A stretch of 61,361 bases of DNA, filler included. It is 4 parts of 4 records of this genome, joined end to end, with 100 filler letters (N's around TTAATTAATTAA, not from the genome) between each part and the next. Parts side by side here need not be neighbours in the genome. Positions count along the whole stretch, not along the records: positions 1 to 31,899 come from DRR378314_1198; 3 more parts are not named here. One strand, 5' to 3'. Position 1 is the first letter of the stretch, and each line of letters opens with the position of its first letter. The notes beneath the pieces were generated by a model, which had not been told where the DNA came from, made no database searches, and saw only the letters and a list, made by a program, of their open reading frames with translations. Below, piece by piece: positions 1 through 14,193 of this stretch. The position numbers and the translations under genes were made by a program.

Positions 1-3000
1 CAGCGATCCACTGCCGTATTCTGCGCTACGTCGAATCGATTCAGAATGTGCATCAACGCTCTCCTGTGATATCACAGCACCTTTGTCTCTCTTCTCATGG
101 CGCGCTTGCAACCGTTCTTCACTGCTGAACTTGCCAAAACCTCGCCTTCCATCCTCCGTGGAAATAGCCGACCTACCATTTCCGCGCGCACTGTACAGGT
201 GTGACTGCGCATTACCGACTGGCTCACGACCGGATCCAGTTACAAAGTGGTCTTCTCTCGCTGAACCGCTGCCCCGGTGGCGATTCCGAGCGTTGCGAGA
301 GATAATCTCAACAGATTCAGCTGGCGTTTCCCGCTGCTGTACTTCATCAGATGAGATAGCTCCTGCATCGCAAACAATATCGCGGTCAAACTCATCTGCA
401 GTCCCGAAATAGGGTCCTTCATCACGGCGCACATGCTGCACGTCCGTACCTGCATCCAGCATGTTGTCACGGCTACTTCGCGGCGTACGCTCACTAGAAG
501 TGGTATCGCTAGTTTGTGTTGGGTCTTCTGCACTACTCACAGTGAGGTCGCCCTGTTCAGCTTCAGCCGTTGAAGCGAGCCTTACATCCGACTCCCCACG
601 TGACGAGCGATCCGCTCGCGACTCGGCAGTTCCCGCAGCAGAGGAGCGCGCGACAGCCACGCCAGCGCCCGATTGCTGCTCGGCAGGTGCGTTTATAGAC
701 GAGTACACAGCATTCACTCGGAGACGATAGAGAATGCGCCCCGACACATCCACGACAGCCTACATTCGTACAAACCAGCAGACACGATGTAGCGCAAAAG
801 ATATTTACACCGTATTGCTGTAAGCGCCAGCACGCGCCACGGCGAATCACACATCCTTCGTTACTTTCAGCCATGGAGTACGTGCTTCGCTATCAAACAA
901 TACCACAGCCTTGCGCGCGCACGTGCGAAGCAATCCGCGCAAAGAAATGCAAACTTATCCATCGAGAAGCTCACACGCCAAAACAATATTAACAACAAGG
1001 CGTAATGTCCACCCACAGGGTCCAGGGCTACCCGCTGGAGAAAAAAAAAGAGATCCGTCCACTCTCGGACTGATCGGAGCAAAAGTGCGAAGACGGTATC
1101 CTACCAACCCCATACAAGTACAGCAGAATGCCCCGCCGTAAAACACACACGTGGAGGGCTCTACCAGTCACAGATTGCAAAATTCCACGAAAAATAATTA
1201 CGTACGATGGGAAGGAAAAAAGAAATCAAAGCAGAGTACGAACAGCAGCAGTAGCAGCAGAATACTACCCTAAAGCCCTGCGCAGCACCACAAACCTTGA
1301 CAGACCTCTGGAACGTACGTTCGTCCTACTCTGCGATCCCGCGTGTTGCTTGGGCGAAAGAACACACGTACCTCAATTGCGCTCAGCGAGCAAGAAAAAA
1401 GCTCAGTTCCTACTTGCTCGAGTAAGCGATTTGAGTTCGAGGGTCCAGACGAAGAGGACTCGATTTCTGCGAGGCGGAACGAGGCGAAGCGCGTTACACC
1501 AGCCAAGCTGTGCTAACTACCCTTCACATTGGATAAAAACTCGCGTACATTTTTCGTACAATAAAAACCATGACAATGAGACCAAATTATAGTCCAAAGA
1601 ACAGATTCAACGCGTACATATACAACATGACTTGTAAAAGGAAGCCAAAAAAACAGCAGGTGGCAAGCTCCTGCCCTTGAAAACCAGTCTGCCAACTTCC
1701 CAGGCCGCATGTGGGATAGTCTGCCGGATCGCGCAGGAACGCACGCACGCACTGCGCAGCGAGCTTCGCTCACACACAACGGATGACAAAAAGAGATGCG
1801 TGATAGGAAAACAGATATCGAGGTCCATGCACGGGCACGTACCTTTTCCTGTAACAAGATCAACCATTTTACCAACGTCATCCCGGTACTCCATATACGC
1901 ACGCAGCTGCACGTCGCAAATCTTGCAAATTTCGTACACCGCGCTTAGGATATACATGAAAGCGTCCTTGCCAAGCGCCGCCACCTGAAGAGTACGAATC
2001 AGCACAACATGCAGACGCACATGTCTTCTTGTGAAATACTGCATCGCATTTGCCATTCCGCGTGTACGGCGCTGCGCCACACGGTCCGTCCAGCAGCGCG
2101 TGGATGCAGAATTCCCTCGCAATGCCTGGCTTTTCGTCTATTCACTTCCGCAGAAAACAAAACCAGTAGTTCTGGAGAAGGGATATATCCAAGCTTTGCG
2201 ATATATTCATTATGCAAGCAATATACATGGCAAAATTGATCGAAAGGGCAGCATGCGACGAGTGCCCGCAAAATCTCAAACGGAGCATCGCAGCAACTCT
2301 TGCCCCGCGCAACAACAGAGATGCCGCCGCGAAAAGAACAGCGCACTGACACTGTCGAGAAGAGCAGATAGAAACACAACGTCTAACATGCGTATTTGTT
2401 TGTTTGTTTGATTTTTTTCCTCACGGAATCTCCATTTACACACAAGTGCATCAACATTTTATCGCTATCTTGAAAGTAGAGGAAATATGGAGAAAATGTT
2501 TGCAACGGACAAACGAGCACAAGTGGAAGGAGCGACCGCCTGCTCCTTACTACCACGGAAACTCCATGCAGCGGGATGGTCCGTTAAATTATGGGATGCA
2601 GAAGCGTACCAGGTAGTTACCGGAACGACGCTCCCCTGCAGGGTTGGCGAACGCATGCAAGGAATAGAGAACTGGACGTCGCCATTTGTCCCACATCTTA
2701 ATGTTGAGAAAGAAAGAAAAAGACACACACACACACAACGCGCATCAATCAGTTCATCGCGATCATGAGTTCGAAGCCGCATCCTGTCGCACGCAAAACA
2801 ACACAGCTGTACAATAACTCGAGGGGCACCAAACTTCTTCATTGTTTCTATTCCTTGAAACAATGTAGCGCAAGGAATGTAAGCGATATGCCCAAATAAA
2901 TGCAGCAATCGAGTGCAGAACCCCCCGATTTCCCAAAGATGTCGATGCGAGAGTGCCAACGCGCTCACCTCGCGAAGAATCCTATGGCAACAAATGGAAT

Positions 3001-3105
3001 CACCGAATCCTTGACTGTCCTCCCAAACACGCACGCTAAACGACAGTCAATTTCAAAGGTCCAATACTTCCTGGAGAGGACAAACTGGCCCCAATGCCGC
3101 GATGC
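1..3105 (-). CDS. Multi-exon gene of unknown function, 3'-partial (runs off the window start)
   Basis: An exon beginning after a tgtag acceptor at 759 stays open to base 1 (AVVDVSGRILYRLRVNAVYSSINAPAEQQSG..., about 250 aa, low-complexity S/E/R-rich). Further protein-like segments with splice signals lie at about 1357-1500 and 1841-1984 (VAALGKDAFMYILSAVYEICKICDVQLRAYMEYRDD). The 5' limit is uncertain, and this may be a continuation of the FYVE gene. Confidence 0.5.
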
Positions 3106-3618
3106 ATGGACCTGGCGCATTCAGAATTCTAGAGGTGGGCACAGCGAATTGCTTGGAAATTCTCAACCATTCGGGGGTGCCTATCCACTTCCCCTAGCAA
3201 GAGTTACGCGAGAGCCTTGCACAAAAAATAAATAATGATAATATACAAACCACGTTCACGCGCTACTCAATACAAGTCGCTAACCAGTGTAGACCAAATG
3301 CGCGAAAAAGTGCGCCAGGATCACATTTCGCCATCGTACAACCCGCCCTCGCAACGTCAGCATAGGGATTCGAGGCTTGCAGTCCTCGCAGTGGCGTATG
3401 ATAGCGCTTTCCCCAAGTACGCTCGCGCAACAGAGAAAAAGCACAGCATCTACCACCTATATAAAAACGGGAACCGAAATTCTCACCAACAGAGCAAGAA
3501 GCACAACGAAAAAGCGCCGCCTCCCCACACCCCCGCGCATGCTGTATACTCGGTGCCAATACCTGCCGTTCGCCGGTGCAAGCCTGCATTTCCGCTACTG
3601 AGACAGGATTTCGATCAC

Positions 3619-5688
3619 TCAATCAGATTGCATGGCGCATACCTGCACAGTGGTTTGCAAAGCACTGAGATATTCTTGCCAGTGCGAGTAAACAGGAAGT
3701 CCTATGTTGTCCACTTGGGTCGAAGAGCTCGACGCCGGCCTTTGCGAGTCCCCGTACACATCGATGGCACGCTGGCTTACGTCGCGCCGAACGCGAGCAA
3801 CACACGGCACTAGAAGCTCTTTGCAGTACACCCCTATCTCGCCACCAACACTGGAGCATTCCACAGCGAGACGGTAGAGGAGCAGATATGCTCTCGAAAC
3901 ACACTGCAGGCGATTGATGAGCGTCTGGCGCATGTCCATGGCACGCAGCTCCCGCTGTAGCGGGCGAAGCTTTCCAACATGCTCTTGGATTAGTGCGTTC
4001 GTAGTCGCAACTAGATGCTGCGCAACGCGCTTCTCGAGAGGGTTTTCGGATTGCAGACCAGATATTCTTTTAACATGCGACGTTAGTGTCGTCAGTTTCT
4101 GCACAACGTGCTCTTGCGCGCTGGCAGTGTTGTGAAGCTCCAAGGCCGTGTGCACAGCACTCTGCTCCGGCTCGTCATGTGGAACGGGAGCGGGAGCGCG
4201 GTCAGGCTCGCCCCCGTCCAGAGCTTCGTCCCACGGCCCTGACTCTTCCCCCGGTTCCATCTCCGCGGGCAGATTCTGCTCGAGTTTATCGCTACCGTTC
4301 GACGATTTTGTGCGCCGAAACAATCGCATGCGAACGCTCGCAGGACGGCGAGACCCCGACGCGTCAGAATTACCAGCAGATCCGCCAGAGTCACAATCGC
4401 TTGGCGGCTTTGCACGGATCGCCGTACCGGCCCCCGTATTCACATGCGACACGGACGAGGAATCGTCATGACCATGCGAATTTGTCCCACTACAAAGTGC
4501 CGGTACAGCGCTGAGGGATGCTCGCTGCGCCTGGCGCAGCTCTTCCATGCTGAGCTGGAACGCCTCAAGCGCATGCTCAAACTCGCTCCTATCGGAGAAA
4601 AGCTTCCAATATGCTGTTGCAAGAGTACTGCGCTGCTGCAGCCGCTTCCGCTCCGCGAACGTTCGATGCCGCTCCTTGCTTTGGAGGAGAGCATTACATA
4701 AAATACACGCTCTGACTTGCCGTTCGCTGAGCTCTACGTCAGCGTTGGCGAGAGCGCTCAGCGAGCGAGTGTCCACACGTGCAGCAGTACACACGTCGCA
4801 GAAGACGTCACCACACAATCTGCAGTGATGCTTGCGGCGACGGAAGGTAAACGCCCTCCCGCAGGAGCACTCTTTATAGTCTTCGTCCGGCACCCAGCGA
4901 GATACAACATCCGAATCTTCACGTCCAGCGTTTTTTGGAGAGGCGAGCTGCTCCAAATTTCCCAGCGCTTCCTTGACACGCTGCTCGCGACAATGCAGAG
5001 CGTTGCTGCGCGCGCGCTTGAAAACGCTTGTAAGGTCACGGCCGCCTGCGACACCAAACGCAGGTAGGCAAGCAGTGTGCTTAGGTATGCCGCCTCTCTA
5101 CCGCGGCTATCAGACGCGCCCAGATCCCCACAGACCCCTCGCACAAATTATGCATTCACAATGAACGGTAGCTCTCTCTCTCTTGATAATGCAACGTTCT
5201 ATTTGAAAAGTGTCGCTAGAATTTATCGAGAACACGACAAATCTCGGCAACAAGCAGCACAGTGCCGCCTGCCAGCAGAGCACGAGCTGTGACCCACAGG
5301 AAGGCAAAAGTTGCACGCTTTCGCTCCCGGCAACAACGCCCGCGTAGATACAAATCGCCAGCTCTGCGCTCGATATCCACCAATATAGCCCATGAAAATG
5401 CTAAATCACTAAAGCAGTGAACCGTACAGTTGATCATGTAGTCGTCCGTGTGCACAACCGAGCGATCTGCGACACACCAAGGCAACGCACCGCTCGCAAC
5501 AAGACTTGTGCTGCGCGGCAACGATAGTGCACTGCAGCCAGAAACGGCGCGGAGCCACGACGCAGTGCTGTGCACTCGTACATACCTAGCGCATCAGTTT
5601 CGACCCCGCCATACGCTATGTCACCCATATCACTAGTGCTCAGAGCGATGGCACCACTGGCCGAAGAAGAGGCTGCCTCCATCTCCAT
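3619..5688 (-). CDS. FYVE zinc-finger protein, Rabenosyn-5/Vac1-like (PI3P-binding endosomal effector)
   Basis: WVPD...C-S-C...FTFRRRKHHCRLCGDVFCDVC...RACILC is a FYVE signature, followed by helical segments. Exon 1 (5688-5586) splices in phase 1 to exon 2 (5045-3643), giving ...DALGGRDLTSVFKRAR, which resembles the pre-FYVE segment of Rabenosyn/Vac1. A CAG|gtatgc donor at 3642 means the true 3' end is probably further downstream. Confidence 0.8.
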
Positions 5689-6116
5689 GGGATACGCAGC
5701 CGGCTTCGCTAGCCACCACCAGGCGCAGGGCAGAAAGCCAAGCTAGGTCGCGTAGCAGCGTGGCAGCGCAGACGAACAAAAGCGGGCCCGAGTCCTCGGC
5801 ACAGGTGATCGAGAGTGAGATACGTGAACCTCTCCTACACAGGAAGTACTAGCAGCACATGATCATACGCACGCACGCACGCACGCGCCGAATACGGCAT
5901 AGAGCGTTTTCCTCTCAGTAGCACGCGAGAGCCCGCGCCATCCCGCCTCCAGCCCTCGACTCTCAACCAGGTCGGTCCGGCACCTTCTGCAGATGATCGT
6001 GCTTTTCCTGCTGCTTTTGTCAGCACCGCACTGTGCACGGAAGTGGGCTCAATTCCTACTGACCCGCAAAGCACCGCAATCCCTCCCCGGCGCGCGGCGC
6101 GACACCCGTGGCTGCA

Positions 6117-9100
6117 ATGACTGCCTCTACATCGCATCACCCTCATCTTAGCGTGCGGAATATTGCGAATGCGCTACTGGTGCTCGTAGTCCCGATCCCA
6201 TCGTTCCTTGCCGCGCGATGGGCGTTTGCGCACTGCTCTGCGAGCGATCGCGCACTTGAACCGGTTACCGACGCGCTTCTGTCCGAGCACGGCGTGCCTG
6301 CGCTTCTCGCGGACGCGTGGAGCGCTGCTTTCTCGCTTGGAACCGCCTTCTATGCACAGGATACTGCGGCAGTTCAAAGCGCATGGTGTGATATTGCAAT
6401 CGACCGTCCGCTGCTTGCGATCAATGTATCCTTCTTTTTCAACGTCAACGTGCTGTTTTGGCTGATCAGCCTCATTCAGCAGAGCACGTGGGTAAGTTGC
6501 TCCGGCGACGTTCGCCAGCACTGACCGCAGGGAAAGCCCAAAAGCTGACGCATAGTTCGTGAAAGTGCTTGCGCCACGCTTGCCATGAACTCGTTTTCCC
6601 TGCCACCTTCCCTGCTACTGCACTGTGAAACTCCTACATATAGGTGATGTGAGTGCACTGTACGTTTGCTTGTATCTTGCGCGGACGTGAGGAGCGAATT
6701 CGGGCGAGGAACGGCCAACTCGGGTACCTCGCGCAGCGAGCAGCAGCGCCGTCCTGCTTGCTGGCTCTCACTGCGTAGTTTGCAGCGTCCAGAGAAGGAC
6801 AGGCGCCGCGGCAGATGCTATCATTCTGCGATAGAAAGCGAAGAGACTCTATGGGATGGATATAGACGGTTGCTCAGTAAAGTTGAGGCTGTATTTTCGG
6901 GCGGGCACGCACGGCGAACAGCAGGGAGCTATGGTATTCACGTTCGGCTTCGATCATCCCTTTTGAGGAGCTCCGCAGCGCTCGCGTGCCGGTCGCAGGC
7001 GCCTGTGCGCAGGACTGTTTCTGGCAAAGGCGACGGCTTGTTGCCCGCAGAGAAACAAGGTTTCGTTGTCTTTGCGATGCATTTCCTCGTCGTAATCATC
7101 TCCCCAGCATTGCATGTTGCTGCTACTTGTGTTTGCGGGGCTCGCGTTGAGCTTCACATCGGTGAGACTGACGGCAGTCTCCAGGTAGACACGCGCGGAC
7201 TGCACAGTGCGCCCAGGTTTTGCTGTCGTGCCCGCTTGCGCCACGATGGCAAGCTGACCACCGGCACTGTGCCGTTCTGTGCCACGCCATACTGCCGCCA
7301 TTTGTCACCGCTACTTACCGCGCTCGCGCGCTCCCTTTGCAGCTCATCGACCCCTACTGGACAATTCTTCCTCCGTTGATGGCCGCATTTTTCTGCATGC
7401 ACCCGCTGGCGTCGGGCTTGGTCACGGAGCGTACCCTCACGGCGGTTGTGCTGCTTTGCCTGTGGTCAATACGCCTCACTCACAGGTGCGCAGTCCTTGC
7501 CCAGCGGGCACCCGGGAAAGACCCGCTTCACCGTGAGCCCGAAAATACCTTGCGCTCCACTAGTACCTCAACCCCATGCGTTACTGTCGTGTTCGATCTG
7601 GAATTACCCAAACGCAGTTACTTTCGCCGTGAAGATTACAAGTTCGGTGTCAGAGAGGACTGGCGTTTCGCGCACATGCGCAATCAATCTCCTATCGGAT
7701 TTGCGATCACGTGCTTCTTTTCGGCGTTTGCATCGCAGCAGGTACGTTTGTTTGCCCTCAGATACATGTCTCGATAATCTTCTGTGCTAGGTTGAAAAGA
7801 GTACGTCGAGCATAATCGTACCGGGCTGTAACGTGTGCTCCGATGACCGTTTGCATTCCATCTGCGTGCGTGGCGCAGCTCATGCTCGTCGGGCTGGTTC
7901 TCCCGATCTACGCCCTTGCGTTTGTACCGCCGTCGGAGATTTGGAAGCCTCTCGATTTTGTGGCAATTGCTATAGCTAGCGGTGGACTCGTGATAGCATA
8001 CATAGCCGATACACAGCTGCGGAATTTCATGCTTGAAAACGAACGACGTCGCACAGCCGGAAAGAGCCCAATCAAGGTGCGGCGTGCGGGGCGGGTGTGT
8101 CCTTTGTCAAGGCGCTGGGCGCCGTACCATTGACAACGACTAGCACTTCTTCTGAGGATTGTACGGACTGTCTGGATACGAATATAGTAAAACCTTACTT
8201 ACGCATGATGCAAAGGCTGCTGGGGCGCGTGCCCTCCCTAGCGAAATAGGCAAAGAATAGTACGGACATCAAATGCATAGCTGCCCTTTTGGCTGCGGAA
8301 AGCACAAACGGTGCGCAGAGCGCTCGCCCAAGTTGGAGCTCAGTAGCGGCCCCGGTCTGAATTCTCGTGCAGATTCTGCGTTCTGGGTTGTGGCGGTATG
8401 CGCGTCATCCGAATTATTTTGGGGAAGTATCGTGGTGGACCGGGCTTGCGCTGCTTGCAAGCTCGGTTGGGGTACGTCGCCGTGCAGCGCACCTGTTGGC
8501 GTGCGCGGCTCGCTACGCACCCAAACGCTGGGGCTCGAATTTTACCTAATTATGTTCCCATGTGCAACAGTGCTCAGTGCTCAATAGAGTTGGACACACA
8601 CTCCATAAGCTTGTCGCGCTGGGTACACGACGCGATCGCCTGTTTGCGATTGCTTCCATGTTCGGGCAGCTGTACATGGCGTTTTCTGTTTTGTTGCACG
8701 GCTGTGTATTGGCGAGCAGTAAGATAACAGAAATATGTGCACGGATCTCATGAGTTACGTGTCATTTCCACTTTAATCCTTTTGTTTTCTGCTGTTTTTC
8801 ATGTTTCCCATACAATAACTGCGCATGCGACTTGCTGTCAACGGCGCGTTGCAGTGTTGGTGGGCGATTGTCGGGACCCTGTTCAACACAATGGTCATGG
8901 CGCACGTTACGTCACTTACTGAGGCGCGCATGCGAAGCCGGCCTGAACGTGCCAAAGAGTGGAAGGTGCGTAGAATATACCAGAAGTAGAGCGGTAGAGC
9001 GTGGAGCCTTACGCATCGCTTCGTTGGTATCGCACGTCGAGCTGCGATTGCTGCAAGTTGGACGCCCGAGAGGCTAGCTTTGCGGCGTTCGATGATAAGA

Positions 9101-9330
9101 GCACGCTTGACCGCTTCATTCGCAGGGATTTGGATTTTCAAGAACACGTTTAGTAGCACTGTCGCAATACGATACTTATGATTCATTGTGATACAATCTA
9201 ACACGCACTGTGGTCGTTCCCGTGCGCGGTTGCGTGCAACCGGCATCCGGCAATGCAGGAGTACTGCGAGCAGACTTCTGTGTGGATCCCGCTGCCGCCG
9301 CGCCGTACTGCAGCTGACAAGTCCGCCTAA
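6117..9330 (+). CDS. DUF1295 / steroid 5-alpha-reductase-like integral membrane protein
   Basis: Seven in-frame GT-AG exons: 6117-6491, 7343-7485, 7618-7741, 7879-8076, 8373-8471, 8855-8965, 9259-9330. Motifs [40 protein letters not shown] and [11 protein letters not shown]; ends TAA. Confidence 0.92.
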
Positions 9331-9764
9331 ACTTAGGGCTAGTCGAAGCAAGGGCTCATGAACCCCGATTTGTATTGTATCTCCCAATACTTCAGCAACT
9401 GCTTTGGTTGCATAAACCACTGAGCAAGTGACAGGCGGGGCTTGCGTGCTGGCCTGCGTCGCTGCTATGGAAAGCGAGAGACTCAGGCGCACTGGGCAGA
9501 TTGTCTCGGTGTTGCGGCAAGGTGCGCGCGAAAAAGCCGGAATCCTTGTACCGAAATTCTTTCTCAGCGTGTTTTAATGCCATCTGTTCTTCATCTTACA
9601 ATACAAGACGCAGAATGAACATGGTTACCCGCAGCGCAATGAAGCAAGTGATGTCAGCGCTGGAACTGGAAGCTGGTGGCCACGGGGGGGGTTGGTGTGC
9701 GCTGAAGCGCCTTTCGCGTTGAGCTCACGGAAGAGCTCACCACCAGAAGTCGAGAATGTAAGAG

Positions 9765-9781
9765 CTCTCTCTCTCTCTCTT
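9765..9781. repeat. (CT)n microsatellite
   Basis: ctctctctctctctct run in the intergenic region. Confidence 0.8.
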
Positions 9782-10320
9782 TCCTGCTTCTTCTCACGTA
9801 GAGGAAACCGTATAAGCTCTACGATTACAAGAAGCTTACAATCTTACACAAGGGGAAGAGCGTTTTGATGCGGAGAGAGCTGAACCGTGATGTCCCAGGC
9901 TCCTTACGTGCACATCACAGTTTTGCTTCAGTTTCTTTCGCTCGCAAGTACATGTGGCGGCGCGCTTGTGAGCACGCCTATACCATATTATGGTTAGCAT
10001 ATGGGGTAGGGAACTTTCACCAAGCCCAAGTTGCTGGCTACGCTCCCTGAGTGCTGCGTCGAGTTTCCCGCGCGCGTCTTCGCTCCGTGCATATCGCTGC
10101 TGCACAGAGCGTGGCAGCGCGCCTGCCGTCACAACGGCTGCAGATAGGCCTACATTCGCAAGGAGAGGATCGAGGGATTGTATTACGTTGTAATTTATTG
10201 GCAGAGAGAACGTGGAACATTTCTGCGGCGCCGTGTGCACTCCCGCCAGTGTGAGAAAGGGTCCGCAGGCACGGTGCTCGGCAATAGATACGGAGGAAAC
10301 TCCCCGCACAAGGGCACGCA

Positions 10321-13312
10321 ATGGAGGTCCCTGCACCTGTAATCGATCTGACGCTCAGCGAAAGTGAGTCAGACAGCCCAGAGTCACGGGCGCAAGGAGA
10401 AGAGGACCAGCGTTCCACAGCGTCGGTGCCAACTGGTGCTACAGGAGGCGATCGGAAACGGAGACGGGGCTCTTCGCGAGGAAGCGTTGCGGGCGCTTCG
10501 CGCGCTCCAAGCAGCAGCAGCAGCAGCAGCAGCGAGGCATGGCTTGCGTCAGCGCCAACGAGGCCCCGTCCACGCCAAAGAACCGACGACGATGAAGAAC
10601 TTCCACTTTCACAGCGATTGATGCGATCCGTTACAGGGCCGCAGCGGTCTGCAGTGGCTGCACTTGTGCACGCAGAGCACGGGGCAGCGCATCGAGCCAA
10701 CACTCCCTTGCAAACTCCTGTGCCAGCGCAGGTTGACACTGGAAGAGTCGTTCGCTGGGCTGCGCCAAGAGGCGAGGCACGGCCCTCGAAAGCTCAGAAC
10801 CGTAACAGCCAATCTTTGTCGCGAAGAAATAGCGGTATTGTTTCAGAAAGGAGAGGGAGGAGCTCCGCGGAGGGGATCCAAAACAATTCTATGCTGGCAC
10901 CGTCAGCGCGACTCATTGGCGAAGCGCGGGCTCCGGAGCCTTCTAGGCGTCTCGGTGCTCGAGCTGCCTCACGGTCCACAAAACAAACAGGGCGTACATG
11001 GATGCAGAGCATCATCCTGCGGCTTGCGCCATCACTCTACGATTCTCCAGTCGCTGAAACAATCAGCGAGAAAACCGCAAAGCCCGAATGGGGTTTTAGG
11101 ACTGAGAGAGATGCTTCGCTGCCGGACGGTACGTCCGCCGACAGCTCCCTCTTCGGGCACGCGCAGTACACATTTGCTTGTGTCTTATCCCCTCATCACT
11201 GCGCATCGGAGCGTTCTCATTAATATCAGGCACAAGCTCTGAGAGTCGAGGTATCTGGTAAATATAGCTATCAAGTATGAGCTTCGTAAACGCATGCCTG
11301 CGCTTGGAAGTAGTTCGGCAAAGCCCTCTGTTGGCAATGCCGCTTCTTGATTTTCTTCCAACTTGTGTGGCGACTGAGCGACCGAGTACGCAATGAACCT
11401 CTGCTTACGCCTGCGCATCTCTGTGTCTTTAATTTCGATGTATTCATGCGTACCAGACTGTGCTGTATGGGATCGAGAAGCACCTGAAGCGGGCGCATCG
11501 AATGGGCTCGCTCCAGCCCTGGGTATGCCAGCCGCGGCGGAGCGTGTGCTGCACATGGCAATTGTTCTCCAGCCGGAGCGCATTTTCGCTCTGGTCGAAC
11601 AAGGCGATCTCGATGAATATATCACACACACCGTTGCGGAAGTGCTTCCGACGGCCACACTCGAATCCGCGACTCCGACGAGCTCCGCTCGTGACGACGA
11701 CTCGCAGGCGCAACAAGCCTGCTCCGTAAGCCTGCTGCTGCCGAACTTCCACGACGAATTGAAACGGTACGGAATAACGCAAATGGGGCGAGAGAACCAA
11801 AGAAGCAATCGAGCTACTACGCTTAGTGTCACTTTTGTACTGATTCGCAGTCCCTCTGCGACAACAAGAAAGCATGTGAAGATTAAGCCCACTGTGACGC
11901 TTCTGCAAAATCGCTGGGGCTTCCGGTGGAGGCAGACCTGTGCATTGCCAGTGCACGTTGGTACAAATGGCGGGACGGAGTGCGTGCATTGCCGGCTACC
12001 TGAGAAGAAGGAGAGCATAAAACCATGGCTGATCATGCATACGGCATCAACTGTGTGTTCATTTTCGTGACACAATTCATCTTCTTTGTGTGGCAGGAAA
12101 GAGCGCGCTTCTTTTCGAACGGCTGCTCCGCGGTCGGCAGGGCCTCGCATCGTAGAAAGCGCGCTCCTACGGCTTGTCCTAAGCGAGCGTCACCCCCGCG
12201 TGAGGTATAGAACGATTGCGTCCCTCCAAGATGTAGGCGATGTTTTATGTACGTTCTAATTGTCTATTGTACATGTTTACCTTCGGAAATGAATGTGGAA
12301 GGCATCTCTGCAGCAGGAGTAGCTGCATCTGTGCTGCTCCTCGAGCGCTGCCGTCTGCAGCCTCCGAGTTGATTCCGGTGCGTACAGTGCCAGCAGAACG
12401 GATTCGAGCACGGCACACTGTGATTGACTTAACGCAAAAGCGTCACTCTTTCTTCTTACCGCATACAGGTCGAATGACGAGAATTCATGGACAGTCTCCA
12501 TATACACGGCTGAATAACCTACTGAATAGTGTAACAAAGTTCAAACCGACAGTTTCTGCCAAAATGGAGGACGGCAAGCGCCAGTGGGTTGCAATGCTGT
12601 GCCAGATTTCGGTACGCTCTCGCAAGCAGTTGAAGAAAAAATGCGGGAAATACATCTTTGAAACATATATATGAATAACATAATGGCGTTAGATGAGACG
12701 TTGGATGAACACTGTTGTAACATTGCTTGATTTTTTCGGGTTTGCGCAATGTCCAGGGTGTCACAGAAGGTCCTGCAATGGCAATCGCAAACGCCTTTCC
12801 TTCCCCAGGCGCGCTAATGCAGGCGTACTCGCAAGCTGGCGCTGAGGGTCGCGATGCAAGCTTGCTTCTTGCTTCACTCGGTGCAACATCGGGATCCGGC
12901 AGAGAGCGGTACGCCTGCTTCGTTCTGCATTTGCTTTCGTCGTCGTCTGGTTCTCCCTTGTCATTGGGCACGCCGCGCACTGATCACCATTTATTTATTT
13001 TTTCAGTACGGCGGAGTGTGGCAATGACATGGCACCGTGGCACATCAGTGCACACGGACAGAATGTACAGGTTTCAACTATGTGCTGCAGTATTGGAGAG
13101 ATCATGGACGACGCTGGTGTGCAATCAATGAAAGGTAGCTTTCATTGGAGCGCTGCCCGCTTCCAGACCGCTAAGTGCCCTCGCTTCCGTTTTCTCTCGG
13201 TTACGTGCACGCAATACTGCTCCATTTTCTTTGCAGACGAGTGGGACCGGCAATCTCGAGATTAGTCCATCGTATTTTTACAAGCGCCGATCCAAACGAA
13301 GTGCTCTGTTAG
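10321..13312 (+). CDS. EME1: Crossover junction endonuclease non-catalytic subunit EME1/Mms4-like
   Basis: Disordered N-terminus, then a degenerate ERCC4-like region (HVGRMTRIHGQSPY). An HhH2-type C-terminus follows: WVAMLCQIS|GVTEGPAMAIANAFPSPGALMQAY...LLLASL...RRVGPAISRLVHRIFTSADP, ending TAG at 13312. No catalytic ERK motif, as expected for EME1. Confidence 0.85.
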
Positions 13313-14193
13313 TGAAGTTCGTGCGGGCTTTCTGTTTCTGCCAGGTTGCAACTCCGTTGCTGTCAATGCCCGCTCGTGTGTATCTGGCAATAGCTGCTGT
13401 TGCACGCTCCTTACTGCGTGTGCTAGGTCGCTGCGTATGCGCTTTCTTCTGCAGCGCGCTGCACATAGCCAATTGAAAACATGATGGTACTTATCGCGGT
13501 TCGTGTACATAAGGCGACAAACGAAACGTGGGCGGCGAATACAAACGTACGATTCCATTCGAATACCAGATGGCAGTGTTCCATCACTGTCAGGCGCAAT
13601 GATCGGAACCAATGGCAATGAAAATAGCATGACACGTCCCTAGCCGTAACCCAAGACGATGGCCGCAATGGACAGCCGGAGACCTTTCCCAGAAAAGCTG
13701 CGCGCTGCAGACGCAAAGACGCGCACAGCCATCGACTGCTCTCCTTAGCTTCAAGATACGGGCGAGGGCGAGCGTGGCAGCACGTTATTGGTTTCTGAAG
13801 TATGACATCAGGATCGTTTGACTGCTTGACGCCGTACTTCTCGTTTCTCTTGTCGTGTGGTGGCGCCGCGTTTACGTTGTTGCGCGCTCGGCGTCGCGCG
13901 GTGCGTTGCTGCTGGATGCCTTGGTTTGTGTTGAGCACGGCTGCTGCCGGTACAGTGGGAAACACGTCGGCTCTTGAGACCTTTTTTGCGTTTGCATATT
14001 CACGGTAGTTCTATGAAACTGAGATCAACTCTCCTGTTTTTAGCTTGGCCGCAAGGCTGCGCCTTGGAATGCACCAAGCTCCTTACTGCCCTCAGTCGCT
14101 TGTGTGACGGCGTTTTCGAGATGCGCCGCCGTGGCTGACCCAAAGACGCGTTGTGCCTCCTTTCTGTGGGTCTGCCCACAATCTCTATGGCAC

